Shown here: positions 15,261 to 23,922 of the stretch, piece after piece
How the letters are laid out: every line of letters starts with the position of its first letter
Position numbering within the stretch: position 1 is the stretch's first letter
NCBI GenBank assembly: GCA_021777765.1
Contig: JAJYDF010000039.1
Span: 1 to 30,898, forward strand
DNA from: Pseudomonadota bacterium
Lineage (GTDB): Bacteria; Pseudomonadota; Gammaproteobacteria; DASZBR01
Direction of reading: 5' to 3'
Length of the DNA stretch: 30,898 bases
The notes under the pieces: generated by a model
What the model saw: only the letters and a program-made list of their open reading frames with translations
Told to the model about the DNA's origin: nothing
The model's database searches: none
Position numbers and translations under genes: made by a program

Positions 15261-15285
15261 TTTCTTTCCCCAAAAGGGGAGAAGG
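15261..15285. repeat. small REP-like hairpin (TTTCTTTCCCC-AAAA-GGGGAGAAGG) between pgi and the IcmF-like gene
   Basis: It has a CCCC/GGGG core with extended pairing. A T7 run precedes it on the plus strand. It has the same CCTTCTCCCC/GGGGAGAAGG arms as the element at 30827..30876. It is not a canonical terminator for the minus-strand transcript, which gets hairpin then A-run. Confidence 0.3.
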
Positions 15286-15291
15286 AAAAGA

Positions 15292-16971
15292 TTATTTATT
15301 ACTCTGCTCAACAAATAAATTAATTAATCCCTGTGTTGATGCATCAATGACATTATTATTCTGTTGCTTATTCATCATCGGCAAAATTTTTTCAGTTAAT
15401 TGTTTACCTAATTCTACGCCCCACTGATCAAATGAATTAATTCCCCAAATAACACCTTGTACAAAAATTTTGTGTTCATAGAGCGCAATTAACGAGCCTA
15501 AATTATGTGGGGTTAATTGCGATAAGACAATGGTATTGCTGGGTCTATTGCCATCGATTGTTTTATGTTTAGCAAGCCATTGTGCATCTTGTTGGGACAG
15601 TCCCGCATTTAGGCATTCTTGTAATGCCATTTCATAGGGTTTTCCTTGCATTAAGGCTTGGCTTTGACTTAAACAATTCGCAAATAATAATGTGTGATGT
15701 TGATTTAAGCCATGTGAATGACGACAAGCAACGATAAAATCAACAGGTATAAATGAAGGGCCTTGATATAACAATTGATGAAAAGCATGTTGGCCATTCG
15801 TTCCAGATTGTCCCCAAATGACGGGAGCCGTTGCATGGGTGATAGGGTGGCCAGCATGATTGACACTTTTACCATTACTTTCCATTTCTAATTGTTGTAA
15901 ATAATCGACTAAGCGACGTAAAGAATAATCATAAGGTAATACCGCTAAACTGTGCGTGCCAAAAAAATTGATATACCAAATGCCTAATAATGCCAGTATT
16001 ACAGGCATATTTTTATCTAAAGGCGCATGACGAAAATGATTATCCATTTGGTAGGCGCCTGATAGGAATTGCGTAAAATTATCCATGCCTATCATTAATA
16101 TCACCGGTAGTCCTACCGCCGACCAAACTGAATAGCGTCCACCAACCCAAGGCCAAATAGGAAAAATATTTTGAGTATTAATCCCAAATGCCATCGCTTT
16201 ATTTATTTCGGCGGTGACGGCAACCATATGTTTTGATAAATCTGCAGTTGAAGCGAATAACCATTGTTTTGCAAATAAAGCATTAGTTAATGTTTCTTGG
16301 GTGTTAAATGATTTAGAAGAAATAATAAATAAAGTGGTTTCTGGATTTAATTTTTGCAAAATCGATTTAATTTGTGTGCCATCTACAGTAGACACAAAAT
16401 GGCAATTTAAATCTGTTGTTGCATAAGGCGCGAGTGCTTCAGTTGCTAAGAGGGGACCTAAATCGGATCCACCTATACCAATATTGACGATATCTTTAAT
16501 TGGTTTGCCGGTGAATCCTAACCATGTTTTGTTACGAATGGCTTCGGAAAATAAGCGTAATTGTTCTAATGTTTTTTGAATCTCAATTTGAATATTTTTG
16601 CCATTGACTAAAATCGGTGTGTGCGTTTGATCGCGCAATGCGGTATGTAGTGCAGGACGATGTTCTGTTGAATTAATTTCTGATCCTGAAAATAAAGCAT
16701 TAATATGATTCTCTAGGTCGACATTATGTGCTAATTGATTTAATAGCTGCATAGTTTCAGCATTGATTCTATTTTTAGAATAATCCAACAGGATTTCATC
16801 TGCTGTTAGGGAAAATTGATTAAATCGTTGCGGATCTTGGGTAAATAAATCACGTAATTGATTTGTTTTTACCGTCTCATAATGCGTTATCAACGTCTGC
16901 CAGGCATTACTTTCGGTAATGTTTTTTATGTGTGTTCGCTGTGTTTGAGCCATGAATTTATTGGTATCCAA
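15292..16971 (-). CDS. pgi: glucose-6-phosphate isomerase
   Basis: The 559-aa product is colinear with bacterial PGI. N-terminal NAWQTL...LRDLF parallels E. coli TAAWQAL...IADLF. The PGI signature regions GIGGSDLGP, ISSKSFNTQET and the C-terminal IWGINSFDQWGVELGK are present. Confidence 0.95.
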   Translation of the reverse strand: MDTNKFMAQTQRTHIKNITESNAWQTLITHYETVKTNQLRDLFTQDPQRFNQFSLTADEILLDYSKNRINAETMQLLNQLAHNVDLENHINALFSGSEINSTEHRPALHTALRDQTHTPILVNGKNIQIEIQKTLEQLRLFSEAIRNKTWLGFTGKPIKDIVNIGIGGSDLGPLLATEALAPYATTDLNCHFVSTVDGTQIKSILQKLNPETTLFIISSKSFNTQETLTNALFAKQWLFASTADLSKHMVAVTAEINKAMAFGINTQNIFPIWPWVGGRYSVWSAVGLPVILMIGMDNFTQFLSGAYQMDNHFRHAPLDKNMPVILALLGIWYINFFGTHSLAVLPYDYSLRRLVDYLQQLEMESNGKSVNHAGHPITHATAPVIWGQSGTNGQHAFHQLLYQGPSFIPVDFIVACRHSHGLNQHHTLLFANCLSQSQALMQGKPYEMALQECLNAGLSQQDAQWLAKHKTIDGNRPSNTIVLSQLTPHNLGSLIALYEHKIFVQGVIWGINSFDQWGVELGKQLTEKILPMMNKQQNNNVIDASTQGLINLFVEQSNK

Positions 16972-17108
16972 TTTGTTTTATCTGACAATGGTGTACAGCA
17001 GCTTGAGCGATGTACATCTAAGAACGAGCGATTACGGAAATGGTGTATTTTGCCTGATATTACGGAGGGGTCAAGTACTTATGCGGGGCAATCGCACTTA
17101 CCAATCAA

Positions 17109-17308
17109 TGTAGCCTGTAGCCAAATTAAAATGTAAGCAATATCACTTTCATATTCATCTTGTGAAAAAAATATTTAGATCTACTGGCGGAACCTGGGAA
17201 AAAATTATTGTATTCCCGGGTTCCGCTAGCATTTGTTAAATGATTTTTGTTTGAAATTCTATTGTTTCACGCTATTGAATTTCATCATTTGGCTGCACCC
17301 AGGCTACA
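17109..17308. mobile_element. MITE-like element copy 2 (200 bp), same family as 11590..11788
   Basis: It starts TGTAGCCTG (17109-17117) and ends CCAGGCTACA (17299-17308). The internal inverted repeat GCGGAACCTGGGAA...TTCCCGGGTTCCGC (14 bp, 1 mismatch) and the subterminal CATTTGGCTGCACCCAGGCTACA block are shared with copy 1. Noncoding, between the pgi start and the end of the 17498..18646 gene. Confidence 0.5.
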
Positions 17309-17497
17309 TTTATCTACGGCTCTGCAATAAATAACTTCATATTTCGCATTAAGCTTTTGTGGCTACTTGTTAAATGTCTATTGTGTGTTGTAACAACAAT
17401 AATAGGGTGTGAATGGAAATACAGTAGTTAAAAAATGGAAGGGAATGGAGAAGTAGTACAGCTTAATTCCCTCTCCATTTAGGGAGAGGGAGCTTGA

Positions 17498-18646
17498 TTA
17501 GTTTTTACGGCTTGGACTCAAATAGAAATCTTTACCTTGATTTTTTAACGAATTATTGTTCTTAACTCTATGTTCAGCATTTTTAAATGCAGCAGGTAAA
17601 TCGTCTTCATATTCGTTAGCAAGGGTGCCTAAACGGTGATCTCTTATCGCTGCAATATCACGTTCTGTAATTGTGTATTTTGTGTCATTGAGATCTTTAG
17701 GATGGAGTAAATTGGATTCTTTTTTCTTCCAATAAGTTAATATTTCCACAGCTCTTATTTTTTCTTTCAAGCTAAACGGATCAGTTAAACAACAACAAAA
17801 TAAGGTTCCCCAAAAGTGATACTGATTTTCAGTCAATCTTTGTTGTTTATAGTTGTCTAATGCTGTCAAAAAGTCAGGTTTATCTACAGAAACGTATTCA
17901 GTTGATGGGTCGCAGTTAATGCTTGTATTTGTATTAAGTGCGGGTGACAATTTTGAGTATGACTTTTCTTTATTACGATTACTGTTACAGCTAAATAGTG
18001 ATAAAAAAGAAGGAGAACTAGTCTCTTGCTTTGATGGGGTTTTTGGAGCTGGATTAATTGTGTCTAAATAATCTATCAGACATTGTGTCACTTTCTTCAG
18101 TGCGATCTTAAAGTTTTCAAAGGTTTTAAGTAAATCAGGTTTTATAATTCTGTTTGAGTCGCTTTTTACTTCAGCATTTACACGCGCGAAATTTTGATGA
18201 TCCTTTACAAGACGGGCAATGCTATCAAAGAGATGTTTATTGATCGGTTTGTCAGTATTAGAAATAGGTTGAATATCTTTTTGCCGTGCTTTTCTAATTT
18301 TATCGTACAGGCCTATTGAAAAAATGTCAGGAAATTGGGGCTTCAGCATGGTTGGAAATTGATGTTGTTCAGTGAAACCACTTATTTGATTTTGAATATT
18401 TGGAGTCAAATAACTTGTATCGACATTCAGGCATAGTTGACCAGAGAGACCGCCAATCCATACATTGTAAAGTGACAGTATAAATTTAATCACTTCATCA
18501 TTATTGAAAACAGTTTCACCAGGGGTATTCGAAGGAATTTGTATTTCAGATTTTAGTTTAGGGTTGGCTGTAACAATGTATCTGAGAATTTCAGTTATAT
18601 CTAAATCTTTTTCTGCTAATTCTAATATCTCATTTATGAGTGGCAT
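17498..18646 (-). CDS. hypothetical protein (382 aa), effector-like; no recognised domain
   Basis: Long Asn/Lys/Ser-rich ORF with no TM or signal peptide. It lies immediately downstream of the tRNA-Gly 3' end. The RBS is weak, so the true start may differ. Confidence 0.6.
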   Translation of the reverse strand: MPLINEILELAEKDLDITEILRYIVTANPKLKSEIQIPSNTPGETVFNNDEVIKFILSLYNVWIGGLSGQLCLNVDTSYLTPNIQNQISGFTEQHQFPTMLKPQFPDIFSIGLYDKIRKARQKDIQPISNTDKPINKHLFDSIARLVKDHQNFARVNAEVKSDSNRIIKPDLLKTFENFKIALKKVTQCLIDYLDTINPAPKTPSKQETSSPSFLSLFSCNSNRNKEKSYSKLSPALNTNTSINCDPSTEYVSVDKPDFLTALDNYKQQRLTENQYHFWGTLFCCCLTDPFSLKEKIRAVEILTYWKKKESNLLHPKDLNDTKYTITERDIAAIRDHRLGTLANEYEDDLPAAFKNAEHRVKNNNSLKNQGKDFYLSPSRKN

Positions 18647-18862
18647 AAGTTTTAACCGTCTGGCTCCTTCAGAATTTAATCTGCGAAATATTATATAAAA
18701 TCATTTGTTTTGCAAGCGTTTATTGAAAAAAATGTGAAAAATTTATTGAATGTTAAGGGAAATAGCTATTTTATATGTTCTCACTGACAAAATGACTCTG
18801 TTTTTAGGTTTTATCTTTGATGTTTCACTCTGTGAAAATCATAATATTTGGAAATTTTAAAT

Positions 18863-18936
18863 TGGAGCGGGTGATGGGAATCGAACCCACGCTATCAGCT
18901 TGGGAAGCTGAAGTTCTACCATTGAACTACACCCGC
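18863..18936 (-). tRNA. tRNA-Gly (anticodon CCC), 74 nt with encoded CCA
   Basis: The reverse complement is GCGGGTGTAGTTCAATGGTAGAACTTCAGCTTCCCAAGCTGATAGCGTGGGTTCGATTCCCATCACCCGCTCCA. It folds into a clean cloverleaf. The acceptor stem is GCGGGTG/CACCCGC. The D stem is GTTC/GAAC. The anticodon stem is TCAGC/GCTGA with loop TTCCCAA, giving anticodon CCC. The T arm is GTGGG-TTCGATT-CCCAT. Confidence 0.9.
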
Positions 18937-19020
18937 GTTGTCTAATTTTGATATCATAATTTTTTCGTTATAAGTTAGCTATTGTAGGCGTATTTAAAAT
19001 TTTAATCCAAGAGATTCATT

Positions 19021-19725
19021 ATGAACCATTCAAAAAATACTGATAAACAAACACATCGTACAGTACGTAGTTTTGTTAGAAGAGAAGGGCGCATCAGTCC
19101 TGGGCAACAAAAAGCCATTGCAACATTATGGCAGCACTTTGGTGTAGAAATTAATGATTCACTGGTGGATTTAGCTGCTTTATTCAATCGTACAGCGCCT
19201 TGTGTATTAGAAATTGGTTTTGGTATGGGGCAATCATTATTAGCGCAAGCACAACAAAATCCCAATATAAATTATTTGGGTATAGAAGTGCATCGTCCAG
19301 GAGTCGGAAAATTATTAGCTGAATTATCAGCAAATCAATTGAGCAATGTCAGAATCATTTGTGCAGATGCAGTTGAGGTTTTGCAAAAATGTATTCCAGA
19401 TAATTCATTCACTAAAGTACAAATATTTTTCCCCGATCCTTGGCATAAAACCCGTCATCATAAACGACGGCTTATTCAAAAAGAATTTGTACAGTTATTA
19501 CAACAAAAATTAATCACAGGTGGTTTTATCCATTTGGCGACGGATTGGGAAAACTATGCGCAGCAGATGTTGACTGTGTTAACTGCAGAAGCCGCGTTAC
19601 GTAATGCGCTTGTGGTAGATTATTCATTAAATAATCCATTAGAAAATCGTCCTGTCACTAAATTTGAATTAAGGGGTAAAAAATTATCTCATCAAGTTTG
19701 GGATTTATTATTTGTGAAACGTTAA
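19021..19725 (+). CDS. trmB: tRNA (guanine46-N7)-methyltransferase
   Basis: The 234-aa product is colinear with TrmB. The SAM-binding region VLEIGFGMGQSL is present. The rest matches too: NYLGIEVH, IFFPDPWHK.RHHKRRL, LATDWENYAQ. RBS AAGAGA. It is divergent from the adjacent tRNA-Gly. Confidence 0.95.
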   Translation: MNHSKNTDKQTHRTVRSFVRREGRISPGQQKAIATLWQHFGVEINDSLVDLAALFNRTAPCVLEIGFGMGQSLLAQAQQNPNINYLGIEVHRPGVGKLLAELSANQLSNVRIICADAVEVLQKCIPDNSFTKVQIFFPDPWHKTRHHKRRLIQKEFVQLLQQKLITGGFIHLATDWENYAQQMLTVLTAEAALRNALVVDYSLNNPLENRPVTKFELRGKKLSHQVWDLLFVKR

Positions 19726-20085
19726 ATTATCTTGGTTTTCGGCAATCGTCTTTAATGATTTCGTCCCGTGGCAATGTAATTTCAAAGTCATCTTTTAATG
19801 AAGTGTTGCCACATAACTTGTTGAATACTTGTTGTAATGATATAGTAACGGCCTTCTGTAAACATATGAGAATTAGAACTATCACTCACTTTATCCTAAT
19901 CATTTCAAATTCATCTTGATTCATGTCTGGTTTTACAGTGTTTGTTATTCAAATTCAATGTTAGCATTTCTGAAAGCAAAAAATGGTTTTCTAAAATAGG
20001 CGTATTCACTGGCGCATTATTTGTAATTTCAGCACATAACAGTGTAACAACAATGTTAATTTCAATTTAATCTACGAGATAATAT

Positions 20086-23000
20086 ATGTTTAATAATTCA
20101 TCTGATGAAATCCGCCCATTACACGGTAATAATAATATACCTAACTATTCTCATTTAGGTGAACAGGAAGAAGCTGAACGTTTATTAAGAGATGATGAAC
20201 AGCGCTTAATCATCCCATCTCACCAAGCACCGTTTTCATTACCGCGTTTTCTTGAAAGTAATTCACTATGGGAAAATTATTTAAATTCGCCATCAGGGCA
20301 AAATTTGTCATCACGTCTTCATTATTTATTCAATGGATATGCGATTCCTACCAACGATGCTACACAATTATCAAGACATGCAATAATTACCAATCAAATA
20401 AAAGGGGCAGCATTATTTTGGAAACGGATTTATCCTGCTCTATTCTCTGTGGCTACATTTCTTGATTTAAAAGATGCAGTTTATTATCGCGATCCAAAAT
20501 TAGCTTTGCAAATATTATCAGGGACTTCACCCTATGCCGCTTCAATGACCAGTAATGTTTTGGGTTTTGGTCTTGAACAATTATTTATTCCTGGTGGATT
20601 AATAACTTTGTTAGGTGTATCTATATTGGCGCACGATTTAACCCATAGTCATATTAAAAATACATTTGATATGTCGCAGGATAGTGAATCATTACGCATT
20701 TTACGTGCAGCTGCCGCTCCCTTTCACATGCAAGATTTATTGTTACTATTTCCATGGAACCAATTAAGCCGGGTATTGAATCACGCGGAATTTTCATTGT
20801 TATGGGATAAAGGATTATCAGAAAATGATCGCTTAACTTTAGTCACGGAAATAAAAAATCTCGTCACGCGAGGTGGTTTAATTAAGAAATATTATGGTTT
20901 AAGTACCATGTCTAATTTATTGGATAAATTATATATCAAAGAAAATGCTAATGATCCTATTAATAATCAACAGGGTGTTGATGTTAATGTTCAAATTAAA
21001 AAAGAAGCGTTAGCGCTGCTAGAACAGTATCAAAAGGCGATGGTGGAATATGTCGATTATATACGTTGGTCATTAGATATTCCGCAGTCTCATCTATTAA
21101 AACCATTCTTTTGGTTTTCATCAATGTATTTTTTATACACCCAATTTCGTTTTTTTGAATATTATATTCGCAATAGTGTCATCATTATTTGGGACAATAT
21201 TTATACAGCACTGGAATGTAAATATCCGCAACTGGGTATTTGTAGTGAGGCAGATTTTATTCAACATTCTTTAAACTGGTTATTCGAATCATTATATTCT
21301 CCTGCGGAAATTGTGCAGCAAGCAAAAATATTATTTGCTAATCCTGCTTTTAAAAAAATTGGTACTATAAAAATTGATTTATCAAAACAAAACTTAGCGA
21401 TATGGAATGCATCTGATTTAACTGAATTGTTTGATAATTTAGTGCAGTATTATCGCTATCCAGCTTGGGTAAGTTTAGATTTATCTTGTACTTTGCCTAA
21501 CGCCACCTGGAAGGATGATGATTTTAAAAAAATTCAAGCTGTAGCATCGGCGTGTAATCAATTACCAGTAACTTTCTTATCTTTAGAAAATCAACAAATA
21601 GGTGCTGAATGCATGGAACAGTTAGCACAAAAAGGATTTAATAATCAATCGCTATCATCAATAGAGGCGTTGATTTTAAGAGGTAATAATGTTGGTAATA
21701 ACGGTATAAAGGCATTGGCTCAAGCATTTTCAGCGATCAATCCACTCTATTTAAACTTTAATTTGCTTGATATTTCTAATAATAATATATCGCATGGCAT
21801 TCGTTATTTAACACAACTCTCTCAGGCACCTTCATTTTTAGCTCATCTTAAGATAGGAGAAAACCCTTTTGATCAAACTGATATTCCTGCCATCGCGCAA
21901 TTAATCCAATATTTTAAACCAGAAATTATTGACTTTGCCAATACCAATTTGCGTGGTATGAATTTGACAAGCATTTGGTCTTTGCCTCTCTTGCATAAAC
22001 AGAGTTATTATTTTAAGAATACTTCACTAGAAAATTCACAAATGGAAGCATTGGTAAACATAGCACCCAATGTGACTCTGGGTGAATTGGATGTCAGTGA
22101 AAATAATGTTGCTAATAGCACTGCTGAAATCATATCTACAATAAAAGCTTTGCAAGGGGTAAATTTAAATAAGGATTCTGTGAATGGTATTGAATTGCAA
22201 AAGATAGCCGCTGCATCAAAAAAATTAAAAACTCTTAAAATAATAGAAGTATCTAATGGTAATTTCACTAAAAAAGATTTTGGAGATTTTGTTCCTAATC
22301 TTTTAATTGATTCATCGGGTGGTGCATATAATTTTGCTAATAATAAGTTGGGCGAAGTGGCAGCAGAATTTATTATACAAATAGATAATCAATCATTTAA
22401 TACGGATGATAGTATTGTTTATATTAATTTTTCTGGTAATAATATTTCTGATGATGATGCGATTCTTATTTTTGATGATATTGCTATCTCATCGTCACAG
22501 CCTAAATATTTTATTTTAGATTTAAGTGATAATCAGCTAACAGACAACTCAATGCCAGCACTTCTTGGTGCATTACCTAAATTATATTCACTCAATATTG
22601 CAAAAAATAAAATTGGTCCACAAGGTGCGCAGTTGATTGCGGCCGCCTTGCCAGGTTCAAAGCTGGTATCGCTGAAAATAAATGATAATTTAATAGGCGA
22701 TGAAGGTGCATTAGCCATCGCACAGTCGCTAATTAATAATGATTTAACATTATCTTATTTTGTAGGAAAACCAGTGTATGATGTACAAAAATATTATTTA
22801 GCGCATACAACGAAAGCAACTAAGTTAGGTCAAGAATTTAAACCTTATCATATTTTCTCTCATCCACTTCCAGACGTTGGATTAGATATATCGAATAATA
22901 AACTCAGTGGTGAAATTAAGACGTTTTTGTATCAGTTTCGTCCTTATTTTGGTATGAAAAATCATCAATTTAAAATATACGGTTCAGAAAAGAGCAAAAA

Positions 23001-23424
23001 TATTTATGAAAATAATAATGCACATGATCGCCTAAGTCGTTGGAAAAAATCTGCTGATCATAGAAATGATGATCATCGAGAATTAAAATTGGGTAGTTAT
23101 GCGGTACCAACTGCTACAACAACATTTGCATCTCAATCTGCAACATTCTCTGTAGCAGATGGCAACGATTCTGCAACAACGAATAATAATCTTGCTGCAG
23201 CATTAGCGATGTCGATGCTGGTGTCGTTAGGAATAGTGGGAACTTTTGTACTGCTTTATTATCTGTATCGTGGTTCAAAATTTGCTGCAAATAATATGCA
23301 TCGCTTTTTTAATCAAGAAAATAGGGAAGGAATGCCTGTTGTAACAACGGGTAGTGATAATAGGCAAAAACATGAGCAGGTAGATAATCGTCGTCAAGAA
23401 CAGGTTAACATTTTGAAAGCATGA
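20086..23424 (+). CDS. eukaryotic-type (RNI-like) leucine-rich-repeat protein with C-terminal transmembrane anchor, 1112 aa
   Basis: Residues ~520-900 are ribonuclease-inhibitor-type LRRs. Examples: LILRGNNVGNNGIKALAQAF, LDISNNNISHGIRYL, LDLSDNQLTDNSMPALLGALPKLYSLNIAKNKIGPQGAQLIAAAL and LKINDNLIGDEGALAIAQSL. A single hydrophobic helix sits near the C-terminus (AAALAMSMLVSLGIVGTFVLLYYLY), followed by a charged tail. The N-terminal 500 aa are unassigned and contain hydrophobic stretches. Confidence 0.85.
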   Translation: MFNNSSDEIRPLHGNNNIPNYSHLGEQEEAERLLRDDEQRLIIPSHQAPFSLPRFLESNSLWENYLNSPSGQNLSSRLHYLFNGYAIPTNDATQLSRHAIITNQIKGAALFWKRIYPALFSVATFLDLKDAVYYRDPKLALQILSGTSPYAASMTSNVLGFGLEQLFIPGGLITLLGVSILAHDLTHSHIKNTFDMSQDSESLRILRAAAAPFHMQDLLLLFPWNQLSRVLNHAEFSLLWDKGLSENDRLTLVTEIKNLVTRGGLIKKYYGLSTMSNLLDKLYIKENANDPINNQQGVDVNVQIKKEALALLEQYQKAMVEYVDYIRWSLDIPQSHLLKPFFWFSSMYFLYTQFRFFEYYIRNSVIIIWDNIYTALECKYPQLGICSEADFIQHSLNWLFESLYSPAEIVQQAKILFANPAFKKIGTIKIDLSKQNLAIWNASDLTELFDNLVQYYRYPAWVSLDLSCTLPNATWKDDDFKKIQAVASACNQLPVTFLSLENQQIGAECMEQLAQKGFNNQSLSSIEALILRGNNVGNNGIKALAQAFSAINPLYLNFNLLDISNNNISHGIRYLTQLSQAPSFLAHLKIGENPFDQTDIPAIAQLIQYFKPEIIDFANTNLRGMNLTSIWSLPLLHKQSYYFKNTSLENSQMEALVNIAPNVTLGELDVSENNVANSTAEIISTIKALQGVNLNKDSVNGIELQKIAAASKKLKTLKIIEVSNGNFTKKDFGDFVPNLLIDSSGGAYNFANNKLGEVAAEFIIQIDNQSFNTDDSIVYINFSGNNISDDDAILIFDDIAISSSQPKYFILDLSDNQLTDNSMPALLGALPKLYSLNIAKNKIGPQGAQLIAAALPGSKLVSLKINDNLIGDEGALAIAQSLINNDLTLSYFVGKPVYDVQKYYLAHTTKATKLGQEFKPYHIFSHPLPDVGLDISNNKLSGEIKTFLYQFRPYFGMKNHQFKIYGSEKSKNIYENNNAHDRLSRWKKSADHRNDDHRELKLGSYAVPTATTTFASQSATFSVADGNDSATTNNNLAAALAMSMLVSLGIVGTFVLLYYLYRGSKFAANNMHRFFNQENREGMPVVTTGSDNRQKHEQVDNRRQEQVNILKA

Positions 23425-23456
23425 TCCATTTGTCCATTTATAAAGTAGTGTCATGT

Positions 23457-23496
23457 ATTATCTTGCAATTTAATTTCGATTATGTAGCAAGATAAT
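23457..23496. repeat. 10-bp inverted repeat ATTATCTTGC...GCAAGATAAT with a 20-nt loop, 30 nt after the LRR-gene stop
   Basis: Seen directly in the sequence. It could be a weak terminator or a protein-binding palindrome. Confidence 0.3.
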
Positions 23497-23922
23497 GCTG
23501 TGCCCCATTCATTCAGTTATTTTATACAAAATTATGAAATTAACTATTAATTTAATAAATTAAAATTATTATTTTCAGTTAGATAATTTCTCCGCCAGTT
23601 AATTGTCTTAAATAGATGATAGGTATACTTAAATAGATGTTAAGTATGCGATGGATTTATATTGAACATTCTATATCGTTCCTTTTCAAGTTCATTATCA
23701 CTAGTAGATAAATTAAAAGTAATCAAGGCCTTTATTTTTTTCTAATAAATTGACATCTGTAAATTCATCATCTATTCAAATATATATAAGGCATTTTGTC
23801 ATTTCAGTTTACATGCATATTACCTTCAACAATTATATCTGCTAATACAATATATTACTGCAGAAATTAAACTGTCAGATGGAAATGTTCATATAAATCA
23901 ATGTTTATGGAGAGCAATAATC

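Noticed and set aside
15261-15285. Calling the CCCC-AAAA-GGGG hairpin an intrinsic terminator for pgi
   Set aside because: On the minus-strand transcript the hairpin is followed by an A-run, not a U-run. The same motif recurs at 30827..30876 in a non-terminator context. It is better described as a REP-like element.
11831-16971. A complete type VI (or Dot/Icm) secretion cluster around the IcmF/TssM-like gene
   Set aside because: Only the single IcmF/TssM-family gene is present. Both flanks are occupied by pgi and a YceI-like gene with no TssL/DotU, Hcp, VgrG, ClpV or other core components.
16858-17136. ORF 16858..17136 (92 aa), plus-strand
   Set aside because: It overlaps the pgi 5' end antisense and runs into the MITE-like element, with no RBS. 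Spurious.
19698-19919. ORF 19698..19919 (73 aa) downstream of trmB
   Set aside because: It overlaps the trmB 3' end, has no RBS and gives a Cys/Ile-rich low-complexity product in an AT-rich intergenic region. Likely noncoding. The many other sub-100-aa ORFs embedded in the large CDSs (5056..5325, 7444..7958, 8650..8859, 9748..10020, 11865..12047, 16214..16426, 17853..18071, 18504..18698, 19002..19265, 20268..20465, 22008..22268, 22533..22718, 25800..26012, 28523..29035, 30173..30485) were rejected for the same reasons.
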